A stretch of DNA of 47,133 bases. Origin: Archaeoglobus sp. JdFR-37. Lineage in GTDB: Archaea > Halobacteriota > Archaeoglobi > Archaeoglobales > Archaeoglobaceae. The stretch covers positions 1 through 47,133 of the forward strand of contig MTMY01000018.1 of NCBI GenBank assembly GCA_002010215.1, in the 5' to 3' direction. The translations under genes and the position numbers were made by a program. Positions 18,022 to 28,069 of this stretch are shown one piece after another. The first letter of the stretch is position 1, and every line of letters starts with the position of its first letter. Below the pieces are notes generated by a model, which was not told the DNA's origin, searched no databases, and saw nothing but the letters and a program-made list of their open reading frames with translations.

Positions 18022-18605
18022 TATATAAACTTCACGAAATCGGAGAGTTCCGTCAAATTTCTTATGACGTAATCCGCATATTTCGAGAACTCATCAATTC
18101 GGGATGAATTTTTGCGGTTAATTACTAGTACAGTTGCAACTCCGGCATTTCTGCCAGCAAGCATGTCCACCAAGTGATCTCCTACCATAACACTCTCTTC
18201 CCTCTTTGCTTTTGCAATCTTCATTGCAAGCTTGATAGGTTCCGCATTAGGCTTTGGTGGTGCCACTTCCCTAGTGATGATATAGTCGAAGTTGAGGAGA
18301 TGTTTTCTAGTGATGATGTTCACGCTATCTAGGCAGTTTCTGGTTATCACTCCCTTCTTTAAATTGTTCTCTTCAAGATGACTCACAAATTCTTTTGCTC
18401 CAGGCATGAGAACAGACTCAAAAGCAGACGCAAGCTCATACTTCTTCAGAATTTCAAGCTTCTTCTCCCTTTCGTGCTCAGGAGATGAGAGGATATGCTC
18501 CAAGATATATCCATCCTCTATTCCAAGCTCCCTCTTTATCTTTTCCAAGGGTATGTTGAATTCCACGAGGGTGCCATCAAGGTCAAACATGAAATGGGTG
18601 AACAC
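18021..18605 (-). CDS. HAD-superfamily hydrolase (phosphoglycolate phosphatase-like)
   Basis: FDLDGTL, ITRN, KP and MVGDHLVDM motifs. Confidence 0.93.
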   Translation of the reverse strand: MFTHFMFDLDGTLVEFNIPLEKIKRELGIEDGYILEHILSSPEHEREKKLEILKKYELASAFESVLMPGAKEFVSHLEENNLKKGVITRNCLDSVNIITRKHLLNFDYIITREVAPPKPNAEPIKLAMKIAKAKREESVMVGDHLVDMLAGRNAGVATVLVINRKNSSRIDEFSKYADYVIRNLTELSDFVKFI

Positions 18606-18650
18606 AGAATAGTTGCGATGAAAGAGTACTTATTTTTATCGTAACAGTTC

Positions 18651-19520
18651 TTATTGTTCCAGCAGTCTACCTTTTATTATGAAACCGTTCTCTGATGGCT
18701 CTATTCTCTCAACTTCCATACAAAACTGCTGAAGTTCTTCAAATCTCGCTCCCACTTCTACGAACTTCTTCCCGACTATTGGAAGGTTCGCCAACATCTT
18801 CACCTTTACACCTTCCTTGCAAAGCTCGAGGGTGCACTCACATTTATCCGTCTCTCCGTTGGTGAACAAGGAGGAGAAAGCCAATCTCAAAGCCGCTACT
18901 TTCTTCGACACTTCTGTTGACCTCAACCAATCCAATATGTTTCCACCTGTTGTGGATTCGATGAAGTCAACAGCAGCCTCATCATCTTTTATGAGACTTT
19001 TTATAAAGGCCGAAAGTTCGCAGACCACATTGAACACTCGGTCTTCGTCAATCTCGGAGAAAAGTACGTTGAAATGGAAGGATATTCTTTCCAGAAAAAT
19101 CTTTGTCAGATGGAAAAGCTTCTTTTTATCCTCTCCTTCCGCTTCAAGCAGGTCTCCGCTATGGAGCCATGTACTATCCCGTATGGTCTCAGCAATGTCT
19201 GAAGCGATGCCTTTGGGGTCAAGCTTGTATTTAAATGCCAGCACAGTTCCCATTATTTTGCAGAAGAGAGATAGGCGTAGAGCTTTAGTAACATCAGCGA
19301 CCTCATCAATTTTCAGGGAGATTGGGGGTCCAAAGGTTGATACTTTCCCTGCACGGCAAACATCAAGCAGATACGATGAATACGTTGTGGATTCAGGAAA
19401 AATCCAGGTTATAAAGTCTCTGAAGGCTTTTGCAAACTCATCACCTTCAGAGCCAAAAAAGAACTTCTTGTAGCTCTCCCACGCTGGCTGCCTCTGTATT
19501 GCATGACTCCATATGCCCAT
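18651..19520 (-). CDS. Hypothetical protein (289 aa, no family recognised)
   Basis: Long ORF with protein-like composition. TATA-like TTTATAAATA about 25 nt upstream of the ATG. Confidence 0.7.
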   Translation of the reverse strand: MGIWSHAIQRQPAWESYKKFFFGSEGDEFAKAFRDFITWIFPESTTYSSYLLDVCRAGKVSTFGPPISLKIDEVADVTKALRLSLFCKIMGTVLAFKYKLDPKGIASDIAETIRDSTWLHSGDLLEAEGEDKKKLFHLTKIFLERISFHFNVLFSEIDEDRVFNVVCELSAFIKSLIKDDEAAVDFIESTTGGNILDWLRSTEVSKKVAALRLAFSSLFTNGETDKCECTLELCKEGVKVKMLANLPIVGKKFVEVGARFEELQQFCMEVERIEPSENGFIIKGRLLEQ

Positions 19521-19659
19521 ATTTTAGCTTTTTATCACTGTATTTATAAATATTTCTCGTAAATAATCTTTTGAAAGACAAATTATAATTTTCATATTTT
19601 TGGTATCGCTGAATTTTGCTTACAGAAAGATTTAAAGCTCTAAAAAAGTTGGGCGTGCT

Positions 19660-21513
19660 ATGAAGCTTCTACTCATCCATGCTGACTTCATGGAATACAG
19701 AGTTGAGAAAAAAACCAAAGTTGCTGAACCCTTTGAGAGTGAAGGCGGAAGGGTTGATGATGTGCTTGTTGCTTTCACGGCGGTAGAAAAGGGAGATAGT
19801 GAAGCGGTAGTTGAGAAAGCTGCCGAAGAAATAACAGAGGTTGCTAAAAAGGTTGGAGCTGAAAAGATTCTCGTGTATCCGTACGCCCATCTCTCTTCTA
19901 ACTTGAGTGATCCTGAAACGGCTGTCAGAATGCTGAAACTTTTGGCAGATAACCTTTCAAACAGCTTTGAAGTGCACCGTGCACCTTTTGGCTGGTACAA
20001 GTCCTTCACGATTTCATGCAAAGGCCATCCTCTCAGCGAGCTCTCCAGAGAGATAAAGGGTGAAGAGGAGGTTACCCAAGCTTTGAAGGATGAGGAGGAG
20101 GTTGTTAGCTACTGGTATATCCTGACTCCTGAGAAGGAACTGGTGGAAGTAAGCAAATTCAGCTTTGAAGGCTACGAAAACCTGAAGAAGTTCGTAAATT
20201 ACGAGATGGCGAAGAAACGGGCTGTTGACAGAATACCACCCCACGTTGAACTCATGCAGAGATTGCAGATCGCCGATTATGAGGAGGCAAGCGATAGCGG
20301 GCACATGCGGTACTATCCCAAAGGAAGGCTGATAAAGAGCCTTCTGGAGACCTTTGTGACGGAGAAGTGTGTGGAGTATGGTGCCATGGAAGTTGAAACG
20401 CCACTCATGTACGACAGAAACCATCCAACGCTTCGAAAATACCTTGAGAGGTTTCCTGCCAGGCAGTACATAATAAAGGGTGATAAGAGGGACTTCTTCC
20501 TTCGCTTCGCCGCATGCTTCGGGCAGTTCTTGATGAAGAGTGATGCTGTTATAACTTACAGAAATCTCCCCTTGAAAATGTACGAGCTTACCCGTTATTC
20601 CTTCAGGAAAGAGCAGAGAGGAGAAGTTGTAGGTCTGCGACGCCTGAGAGCCTTTACCATGCCAGATATGCATACGCTTGCAAAGGACATGGATCAGGCC
20701 AAGCGGGAGTTTTTTGACCAGTACAGGCTGAGTGTTGAGGTTCTCAAGGAAATCGGCCTTGAACCAGAGGATTATGAGGTGGCGATAAGAGTGACCAAAG
20801 ACTTCTACAATGAAAATAAGGAGTTCGTTCACTCTCTTGTTGACGTTCTTAAGAAACCGATTCTTGTTGAAATGTGGGATAGGAGGTTCTTCTACTTCGT
20901 TCTGAAATTTGAATTCAACTTTGTTGATGCCCTTGATAAGGCTTCAGCTTTGAGCACGGTCCAGATAGATGTGGAGAATGCTGAGCGGTACGATATCAGT
21001 TACGTTGATGAAGACGGCAGCAGGAAAAGGCCCTACATACTCCACTGCTCTGCCAGTGGAGCCATTGAGAGATGCATGTATGCTTTGCTGGAGAAGGCCC
21101 ACATGGATGCGGAGAAAGGAAAACTTCCAATGCTCCCGGTTTGGCTCTCTCCAACCCAAGTGAGGATAATCCCCATCAGCAGAGCTTTTCTTGATGCTGC
21201 ACTGGAGGTGGCGGAGAAGCTAAGAAAAGCAAGAGTAAGAGTGGATGTTGATGACAGAGATGAAACGCTGGGCAAGAAGATAAGGGATGCAGCAAGAGAA
21301 TGGGTGCCTTATATTGTAGTTCTGGGAGAAGAGGAGGTTAAGGGTGGTTTTATGACCGTTACGGTAAGAGCAGAGTCCACGCTTGAGCAGCAGAAGAGGG
21401 TTAGGACGACAGCGGAAGAGCTGATTTCCAGAATCTCTGAGGAATGCAGGGGTAAGCCATACAAGCCTCTACCACTACCAATGCTACTGTCCGAGAGGCC
21501 AAGTTTCAGGTGA
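19660..21513 (+). CDS. thrS: Threonyl-tRNA synthetase (archaeal type, N-terminal DTD-like editing domain)
   Basis: [46 protein letters not shown] and [11 protein letters not shown]. Confidence 0.98.
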   Translation: MKLLLIHADFMEYRVEKKTKVAEPFESEGGRVDDVLVAFTAVEKGDSEAVVEKAAEEITEVAKKVGAEKILVYPYAHLSSNLSDPETAVRMLKLLADNLSNSFEVHRAPFGWYKSFTISCKGHPLSELSREIKGEEEVTQALKDEEEVVSYWYILTPEKELVEVSKFSFEGYENLKKFVNYEMAKKRAVDRIPPHVELMQRLQIADYEEASDSGHMRYYPKGRLIKSLLETFVTEKCVEYGAMEVETPLMYDRNHPTLRKYLERFPARQYIIKGDKRDFFLRFAACFGQFLMKSDAVITYRNLPLKMYELTRYSFRKEQRGEVVGLRRLRAFTMPDMHTLAKDMDQAKREFFDQYRLSVEVLKEIGLEPEDYEVAIRVTKDFYNENKEFVHSLVDVLKKPILVEMWDRRFFYFVLKFEFNFVDALDKASALSTVQIDVENAERYDISYVDEDGSRKRPYILHCSASGAIERCMYALLEKAHMDAEKGKLPMLPVWLSPTQVRIIPISRAFLDAALEVAEKLRKARVRVDVDDRDETLGKKIRDAAREWVPYIVVLGEEEVKGGFMTVTVRAESTLEQQKRVRTTAEELISRISEECRGKPYKPLPLPMLLSERPSFR

Positions 21514-21541
21514 TATGGGGGGAAAATAGGTAGGTGATATC

Positions 21542-21790
21542 ATGTCCGCAAAAACGTATCTGCCGCTTCTTATGGGCATTATTGCAGGAGTAATCTCATT
21601 TTTGCTGACAGGGGAATTCAGGAGCAGAGACCCATTTGGAATAATCATTCTGGTGGTGTTTATTTATCTTCACAAATACGTTCTTCCTAGATTTGGGGAG
21701 GAGGTAGGTTCGGGAAAAGACTGGCTGGCGGTAGGATTTCTAACTCTTACAACTTGGTACATCACCTGGACAATTCTCCTCAACCTGTGA
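21542..21790 (+). CDS. Small 3-TM membrane protein, archaeal EMC6-like
   Basis: Three hydrophobic segments. The C-terminal KDWLAVGFLTLTTWYITWTILLN resembles the archaeal EMC6-like family (from memory). RBS AGGTGA. Confidence 0.65.
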   Translation: MSAKTYLPLLMGIIAGVISFLLTGEFRSRDPFGIIILVVFIYLHKYVLPRFGEEVGSGKDWLAVGFLTLTTWYITWTILLNL

Positions 21791-21799
21791 GGTGGGGAG

Positions 21800-23572
21800 A
21801 TGGGTGGAACCAGCGGGTACAGAATAGCAGTGGTAAACAGAGATAAGTGCAAGCCGAAGAAGTGCAGCCAGGAATGTGTCAAATACTGTCCAAGGGTCAG
21901 AACTGGAGATGAAACGATAGTCATTGATGAGATTGCCGTAATCAGCGAGGAGCTCTGCGTTGGCTGCGGAATATGCGTCAAGAAGTGCCCCTTTGGCGCC
22001 ATATCTATCGTTGGACTTCCTCATGAACTTGAAGGAAAAGAGGTTCACCGCTACGGGATAAACGGGTTTATGCTGTATAATCTCCCGATACCCAAAAAGG
22101 GCAGCGTTGTCGGGCTTTTGGGAGCAAACGGAACCGGAAAGAGCACCGCTGTCAGAATTCTGTCGGGTCAGCTCAAGCCAAATCTAGGTAAAGGAGAGGC
22201 AAGCTGGGAAGAGGTATTTGAAAGATTCGCCGGAACTGAGCTGCTGGATTACCTCAAACAGCTTTCAGAGGGAAATGTGAGGGTGAGCGTTAAGCCCCAG
22301 TATATAGAAGCTATTCCCAAGGTTTATTCCGGAAAGGCCAGAGATTTGCTGGCTAAGGTGGATGAACTTGGCATCATGGATGAGATTGTGGAGAAGCTCG
22401 GCCTGAGAAACTCCATAAATAGAGAAATCAATGAGCTCAGCGGAGGTGAACTCCAGAGACTCGCCATCGCTGCCTGCCTGCTGAAAGATGCCGACTTCTA
22501 TTTTCTGGATGAAGTGACATCTTACTTGGACATATACCAGAGGACTGAAGTGGCCAAGGTGATTAGGGAAAAAGCTGAGAAGAAGCCCGTGCTCATTGTG
22601 GAGCACGATATAGCCATCTTGGATATGCTTGCAGACTATGTCCACATAAGCTACGGAGAGCCGGGCGTATATGGTATAATAACAGTTGCAAAGGGTGTAA
22701 GGGTTGGAATCAACCAGTATCTCAGGGGCTATCTCGCTGAAGAGAATATCAGAATCAGGGAGAAGCCCATTGAGTTTGAAGTTTTCATGCCCAGAGATAG
22801 CACATCTGAGAAAGCCCTCATCGAATATCCGTCATTCAGGAAGAGCTTCGAAGGCTTTACGCTCACAGCAGAAGCAGGGGAGTTCAGAGAGGCAGAGGTT
22901 ATAGGTGTTGTCGGCCCAAACGCCACCGGAAAATCCACTTTTGTTAAAATTCTTGCTGGGGTTTTGAAGGACGATGATGAGAAGGTTGAACTGAATGTGA
23001 AAGTGTCATACAAGCCCCAGTACGTCAAAGCAGATGTAAGCATGCCGGTTGGAGCCTTTCTCAGGAGTATAAATCCGGCAATTGATTCATCCTACCATAA
23101 AACCGAGTTCATCAGACCTTTGAGGCTTGAAGACCTCTTTGAAAGGCAGTTGGATGAGCTCAGCGGAGGAGAGCTTCAGAGAGTCGCTATACTAGCATGT
23201 CTGCTCAGAGATGCTGACCTTTATTTGCTGGACGAGCCGTCAGCCCATCTCGATGTTGAGCAGCGAACAGAAGTAGCCAGGATAATCAGGAGGTTTGCCC
23301 TAAACAACTCAAAAACGGTGCTTGTAGTGGATCACGATATCTACCTGATAGACATGATAAGCGACCGCCTAATGGTTTTTCAGGGTGAACCCGGGAAGAA
23401 AGGAATTGCAAGGAAACCCATGGATATGCGAAACGGAATGAATCTCTTTCTGGGCAATCTGGGCATAACCTTCAGGAGGGATGAGGAGACCAAGAGGCCT
23501 AGGGTGAACAAGCTGAATTCCCGGCTTGACAGGGAGCAGAAGGCTAAGGGGGAGTATTACTACTACTTCTGA
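21800..23572 (+). CDS. Ribosome recycling ATPase ABCE1/Rli1
   Basis: N-terminal Fe-S domain (CKPKKC..EC...CP; CVGCGICVKKCP) and two ABC domains with LSGGELQR. Confidence 0.98.
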   Translation: MGGTSGYRIAVVNRDKCKPKKCSQECVKYCPRVRTGDETIVIDEIAVISEELCVGCGICVKKCPFGAISIVGLPHELEGKEVHRYGINGFMLYNLPIPKKGSVVGLLGANGTGKSTAVRILSGQLKPNLGKGEASWEEVFERFAGTELLDYLKQLSEGNVRVSVKPQYIEAIPKVYSGKARDLLAKVDELGIMDEIVEKLGLRNSINREINELSGGELQRLAIAACLLKDADFYFLDEVTSYLDIYQRTEVAKVIREKAEKKPVLIVEHDIAILDMLADYVHISYGEPGVYGIITVAKGVRVGINQYLRGYLAEENIRIREKPIEFEVFMPRDSTSEKALIEYPSFRKSFEGFTLTAEAGEFREAEVIGVVGPNATGKSTFVKILAGVLKDDDEKVELNVKVSYKPQYVKADVSMPVGAFLRSINPAIDSSYHKTEFIRPLRLEDLFERQLDELSGGELQRVAILACLLRDADLYLLDEPSAHLDVEQRTEVARIIRRFALNNSKTVLVVDHDIYLIDMISDRLMVFQGEPGKKGIARKPMDMRNGMNLFLGNLGITFRRDEETKRPRVNKLNSRLDREQKAKGEYYYYF

Positions 23573-23954
23573 AAATGTTTCTGAAGATGTAAAACCTCTC
23601 TCCTTTATAATTTAATAGCTTTCCACCTTCTGGCGCTTCATTGGCGAAAGGTCTGATTAGACAGTCTGCTTCTACCTTCTCTGCTAAGGAAACCAGCGGC
23701 TTGTAAAGCTCAGGTGGGGGNCTGATTGAGTAAATGAGGGAAGCATTTTGATATATTCTCAAATCTGGGTCAAAAATATCATCAACAAAGAATTTAACCC
23801 TAGAAGGAACTCTGACCTCTCTGGAGTCGGTAGCGATGACATCCAGCTTTTCCGACAGCATCAGAGCAACGGTTGGGTAATAACCAATACCAATCTCCAC
23901 CACTTTTCCTGTGTAACGACTTAGTATGTACTCGGCTATCACCTCTGGAATCAC
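23544..23954 (-). CDS. UPF0146 family protein (one ambiguous base at 23721)
   Basis: KVVEIGIG, DDIFDPD..IY..ASLIYSI(R)PPPEL. Confidence 0.85.
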   Translation of the reverse strand: MIPEVIAEYILSRYTGKVVEIGIGYYPTVALMLSEKLDVIATDSREVRVPSRVKFFVDDIFDPDLRIYQNASLIYSIXPPPELYKPLVSLAEKVEADCLIRPFANEAPEGGKLLNYKGERFYIFRNIFRSSSNTPP

Positions 23955-23992
23955 AAGGCTTTAAATTCAGATAGCAATAATAAACCTTTGGG

Positions 23993-24439
23993 ATGTACTG
24001 TATTCGAGACTGTTCACTTAGTGACTTTGCGGACATCATCGAAATAGACAGAGAAGCATTCAACTCTACAAACCCCACCTTTGACCTTTTTGTCTATGTT
24101 ACATATGGAAGTGACATCATTGTGGCAGACATTGGAAGGAAAGTCATAGGATACTTAGTCTTGATGGATTCTGGAAAGGATGCCAAGATTATGAGCTTCG
24201 CAGTGAAAAAAGAGTTCAGAAATAGAGGAATTGGGAGTATGCTGATGGATGAAGCTATAAAAAGGTGCAGGGAAAGAGGGAAAGGCAGGTTGCTGCTTGA
24301 AGTCAGGGTCTCCAACATCTCCGCTCAAGAATTTTATAAAAAAAGAGGGTTTAAAATAATCGACACAATCCCCTCCTACTACTCTGATGGAGAGGATGCA
24401 TATTTAATGTGCCTTGATCTCTGGCGGGAGCAGTTCTAG
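23993..24439 (+). CDS. rimI: RimI/Ard1-type GNAT N-acetyltransferase
   Basis: FAVKKEFRNRGIG, LEVRVSN..AQEFY...GF and YYSDGEDAYLM. Confidence 0.88.
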   Translation: MYCIRDCSLSDFADIIEIDREAFNSTNPTFDLFVYVTYGSDIIVADIGRKVIGYLVLMDSGKDAKIMSFAVKKEFRNRGIGSMLMDEAIKRCRERGKGRLLLEVRVSNISAQEFYKKRGFKIIDTIPSYYSDGEDAYLMCLDLWREQF

Positions 24440-24685
24440 AACCTCTCTAATCTTCGGATTTTTCAGAAGATCTTCTGCTGATTTATCCTTGAATACATCC
24501 GAAATTCCCTTACAGAGCATTAAAATTGCTCTTTTGTGGTCGGCTTTGCTTTTGTGTATATGTACGGGATTTACACCAAGTTTGTCATATTCTCTGAAAT
24601 GGCCGTTTGCAACTCCTGCCCCCTCCAAAAACCTTTTTACCTGAAACAACGTTAAGTGCAGAACTACCAGCTCTTCTTTGTGCAT
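24404..24685 (-). CDS. UPF0058 family protein
   Basis: MHKEEL..LH...Y..LGVNPVHIHKSKADHKRAI. Confidence 0.85.
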   Translation of the reverse strand: MHKEELVVLHLTLFQVKRFLEGAGVANGHFREYDKLGVNPVHIHKSKADHKRAILMLCKGISDVFKDKSAEDLLKNPKIREVLELLPPEIKAH

Positions 24686-24814
24686 CATTATCACCTTCTG
24701 CCCTCAAAAAAGCATGTTAAAGGGTTAAAAAACTTAATGGTTTAATGATACAAACTCATATATTGGCATACAAATGGGAAAATCTTATTAATTTGAAGAA
24801 GCCCACACTCTCCA

Positions 24815-25591
24815 ATGAGAGTTCTTCTTAGTAGAAGGGATACATTGAGACTTCTTATACTTTCCGAACTTGTAATGAACAAAAACTGTAATCAGAGAGA
24901 TATTGCTGCAAAGCTGAATTTAACCCCTCAGGCCATATCTGAACACTTTAAGGAGCTGATTTCAGATGGTTACATCAGAGTTCTTCACAAAGGCTTTTAT
25001 GAAGTCACAGAAAAAGGCTATGACTGGCTTAGTAAAAACCTTTTTGACCTCCATATGTTCTCTAAAGACTTAGTAAACAGGATATACTCTCGATCCATTG
25101 TTGCAATAGCTGAAGGAGACATTGGAGTGGAAGATAGCGTTAAGTACTGGTTTGAAGACGGATACATTTTCGCCACTAGGAGTGAAAAAGGAAATGGGGT
25201 TGCATTGATGTCTGCGAGGCACGGTGAAGATGTTCTGGTTAAGGCAGTAGGTGGTTTTGAACCCCCTAGGAAGGGTGAGGTGATTGTTGTTAAGGTCCCC
25301 GATGTGGGAGAGGGGGGCAGCAGGAAAGTAGATCTAGACGAGTTCAAGAAGCTTGTGAAAGCCAGACAGAGAAGCATAGTCGTGGCACTCGGCATCGAAG
25401 CCTTGGTTACATGCAGAAAAATAGGTATCGAACCAATCTACTTTGGTGCGAAAAATGTATGTATTGAGGCAGCTCACCAAGGTAGCGGGGTTATTGTAGC
25501 CTGTACCGAAAGTTTGCTTGATGATCTACTCAGGAGCCTTATTGACGAAGGCATCAGGTTTGAGGTCAAGGACTTTCATCTGGAAACCTGA
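24815..25591 (+). CDS. Winged-helix transcriptional regulator (archaeal MarR/Crp-like family)
   Basis: NQRDIAAKLNLTPQAISEHFKEL...YEVTEKG HTH. C-terminal GGSRKVD...EAAHQG domain. Confidence 0.85.
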   Translation: MRVLLSRRDTLRLLILSELVMNKNCNQRDIAAKLNLTPQAISEHFKELISDGYIRVLHKGFYEVTEKGYDWLSKNLFDLHMFSKDLVNRIYSRSIVAIAEGDIGVEDSVKYWFEDGYIFATRSEKGNGVALMSARHGEDVLVKAVGGFEPPRKGEVIVVKVPDVGEGGSRKVDLDEFKKLVKARQRSIVVALGIEALVTCRKIGIEPIYFGAKNVCIEAAHQGSGVIVACTESLLDDLLRSLIDEGIRFEVKDFHLET

Positions 25592-26342
25592 ATTTCTTCT
25601 GGGCTTCCCTGTAAAATCTGGGAAAGCGTGGCTCGAAGAATAGGTTGGTTCGTGGAGGATAGGTTATTCCTGCACCTCTACCAGCCAATTTGAGACCCTC
25701 TGCGATTCTCTCCAGCCATGAGGTGTGGAGACCAAAAACCATCTCATCATCTTCAAGAGCTCCGTATATCCTGTCTCCCGCTCCTGGAACTGCTATTGTG
25801 CAGTCTTTAGCTATGAAAGGATCTATGACTGCCTCTCCACATGAAGCGAACTTTCCCTGAAGCTTTGCCTCAACTTCTCCACCATAGTATGCTCTTGCAT
25901 GGATTAGTCTGCCTATCTGAGCGGGATTCCCGAAAATTACTGCCACATCTGGCTCTTCAGCCATAATCTTCAGCGGTGAAATCAGAACTGCCTTGTATTT
26001 TCCAAATTCGAGCTTTGGAATACCTTCCATCTGCTTTTTCGCTACCTCAGCATCCCGAGCAAATCCAACCTCTACTACTACCTCTGAAAAGTCATACTGC
26101 GCCCAGCCGTAAAGTATCTGGGCTGGTGGACAATTCATATCCTCTATTGTAACTCCAACAACTCTTCCATGTCTCCTTGCAAAGCTTATTGCTTGGCACA
26201 TTGCCATTTTGAATCCTCTCTCAGACGGTCTGAAACATCTCTCTGGAAAATCGGGCTTATGGAGGAATTTTATTCCAACGACCGGTGTTTTAAGCCTCAA
26301 ATTCTCCTCTATTTTCTCTGCCGTACTAACCCAGTAGCCCAT
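25566..26342 (-). CDS. DUF169 family protein
   Basis: LRLKTPVVGIKF, MCQ, PDVAVIFGNPAQ, SCGEAV and PGAGDRIYG. Start set at ATG 26342, with a TATA about 25 nt upstream. Confidence 0.85.
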   Translation of the reverse strand: MGYWVSTAEKIEENLRLKTPVVGIKFLHKPDFPERCFRPSERGFKMAMCQAISFARRHGRVVGVTIEDMNCPPAQILYGWAQYDFSEVVVEVGFARDAEVAKKQMEGIPKLEFGKYKAVLISPLKIMAEEPDVAVIFGNPAQIGRLIHARAYYGGEVEAKLQGKFASCGEAVIDPFIAKDCTIAVPGAGDRIYGALEDDEMVFGLHTSWLERIAEGLKLAGRGAGITYPPRTNLFFEPRFPRFYREAQKKFRFPDESP

Positions 26343-26499
26343 GGAGCAGTTTTGTCTTGAAAATTTATAATATTTTGGATTTTTATCCATTTTATCCTTT
26401 GGATGCAGTATTCTACAATATTTTCAATAGGATTGGCTTACAAGTAATCTGTTGTTTAGCGCCCAGTTTATCAACAATTCATCAAAATTCAATACTTAG

Positions 26500-26586
26500 T
26501 CTACCCATCCGCCCGAAAGCTGGTGTGAATGAGATATTACCAAAAATGAAACTCCGGGATTGGTGGAGGGGGGCTGGGTGGGCAGG
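26500..26586. other. GC-rich intergenic imperfect inverted repeat (candidate structured RNA or mobile-element remnant)
   Basis: CTACCCATCCGCCC (26501-26514) pairs with GGGCTGGGTGGGCAG (26571-26585). Internal TGGT/ACCA and CTCC/GGAG stems. Confidence 0.35.
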
Positions 26587-26644
26587 ATAAAATGAAAGGA
26601 TTAAATGGTTTATCTTTCTAGTCTTTTCCAAGATATCTCCAAAA

Positions 26645-28069
26645 TCAGCTCACTTTCTGGAAGTGCCCGCTTATTATTCCTGCAAACTCTCTCAGCGGCT
26701 CACCGATCTTCAGACCTTCACCATCTTTTATCTCGAGAATTCTGAAGCTACGCTCATGGTCGCCGAACCTGTTCTTTACCACGGCTATTGCCTTTAGAAG
26801 CTCTCCGTCAAGTTCTATGTGCCTTCCAGAAAGTAAGTAATCTGAAAACTGGCTGACTCCGTATCCGGTAAAGTGGAAGACATCCATGGCTTCGGTAATC
26901 TCCAAAACGCTTACCATTATGCCACCGCTCTGCTTCATTAGGTTTTCGAGTTTTGTCATGGCCCCAACAATTTCATTTTTTGAAACCGAGTAATATTCCA
27001 AGACATTCGCAGGATCTACCACCACTATGGAGGGGTTTAGATTTCTTAAATCTTCCACAGCATTTGCGTAAAACTCTCCAATGCTGGAAATATTCTCAAA
27101 CTCTCTGAAAACTAAGTTCTTAGGTTCGTAATTAAAAATCTTCTTGAATCTCTCAAAAATAATGTCTTCACTTTCATCAAAGGAGTAGAATACCCCTGTC
27201 TCACCCCGCTTATCGTTCTCCATTAATAGCTGGAGACAGATATTTGTCTTACCTACACCATTCTTTCCGCTCACGATTATGTGAGACCCCCTGAGGATAC
27301 CGCCACCGAACATTCTGTCGAGCTCTAGGTTTCCAGTGCTGACAATCTCTTTTTTCCAGTTCCTCTGGATTGGAAATTCTATTATCGGATAAACCTGTAT
27401 TTTTCCTTGTTTTATATCAAAATAGTGAGTTCCGATATAGGCATCTCCTCTAAATTTCAGCAGTTTTAGCAATCGCAGTACTCTTCCATCCCTCTCCCTC
27501 ACTTCCAGAATAATCTCCCCGCTGACGACGTAACTTATCATACTTCTACCGGGGTCTTCATAGGCTTCAGCAGAAAGAAGGGTTGTGACACCGTTGGATG
27601 AAAGTCTGCGGACAATGGTTGATATGATTCTGCGGTAAAGTGCACCATCTCTGATAACATCTGAAAGGACACCTATGCCATCAATGAAAGCTCTTTTTGC
27701 ATCTCCTGCAACCTCCTCTATTGCTTTTATGAAATCAAATATTTCTGACAAAGAGCTACTGGTCCAAAGATAGATCTGATCTTTGGTGAGTATTCCGAAG
27801 GATGAAAGCATATCTACAAAGTCTATTTTGTCCACTGGAATGTCGAAGTCTCTCCCCTGCCTCTTTATTTCATTCACACTCTCGTCGAAGGAAATGTATA
27901 CTACTTTCTCACCATTCCTGACTCCTTCTGCTAAAAAATGGAGTCCGAACAGAGTCTTACCGCTGCCAGGACCACCTTTTATTAGATAGGGGTAACCCTG
28001 AATGAAGCCACCCTTAAGGACATCATCAAGGCCATAAACTCCAGATGAGACACGATTGGGAATTTGCAT
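26645..28069 (-). CDS. KaiC-like double-domain RecA-superfamily ATPase
   Basis: Two domains: SGVYGLDDVLKGG..GGPGSGKT and STGNLELDRMFGGG..GKNGVGKT, with KFRG and KNRFG motifs. Confidence 0.92.
   Translation of the reverse strand: MQIPNRVSSGVYGLDDVLKGGFIQGYPYLIKGGPGSGKTLFGLHFLAEGVRNGEKVVYISFDESVNEIKRQGRDFDIPVDKIDFVDMLSSFGILTKDQIYLWTSSSLSEIFDFIKAIEEVAGDAKRAFIDGIGVLSDVIRDGALYRRIISTIVRRLSSNGVTTLLSAEAYEDPGRSMISYVVSGEIILEVRERDGRVLRLLKLLKFRGDAYIGTHYFDIKQGKIQVYPIIEFPIQRNWKKEIVSTGNLELDRMFGGGILRGSHIIVSGKNGVGKTNICLQLLMENDKRGETGVFYSFDESEDIIFERFKKIFNYEPKNLVFREFENISSIGEFYANAVEDLRNLNPSIVVVDPANVLEYYSVSKNEIVGAMTKLENLMKQSGGIMVSVLEITEAMDVFHFTGYGVSQFSDYLLSGRHIELDGELLKAIAVVKNRFGDHERSFRILEIKDGEGLKIGEPLREFAGIISGHFQKVS

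Noticed and set aside
18817..19473. 218-aa antisense ORF (similar shadows at 20014-20832, 5018-5506, 30171-30698 and others)
   Set aside because: Ser/Phe-rich antisense shadows of real genes, caused by codon bias. No motifs or translation signals.
6495..21513. Proximity of serS, tRNA-Thr and thrS as a functional cluster
   Set aside because: They are separated by many unrelated genes on both strands, with no shared regulatory element visible.
23721..23721. X residue in the UPF0146 protein as a recoding event
   Set aside because: It is an ambiguous base (n). The codon AGN most likely encodes the conserved Arg of SIRPP.
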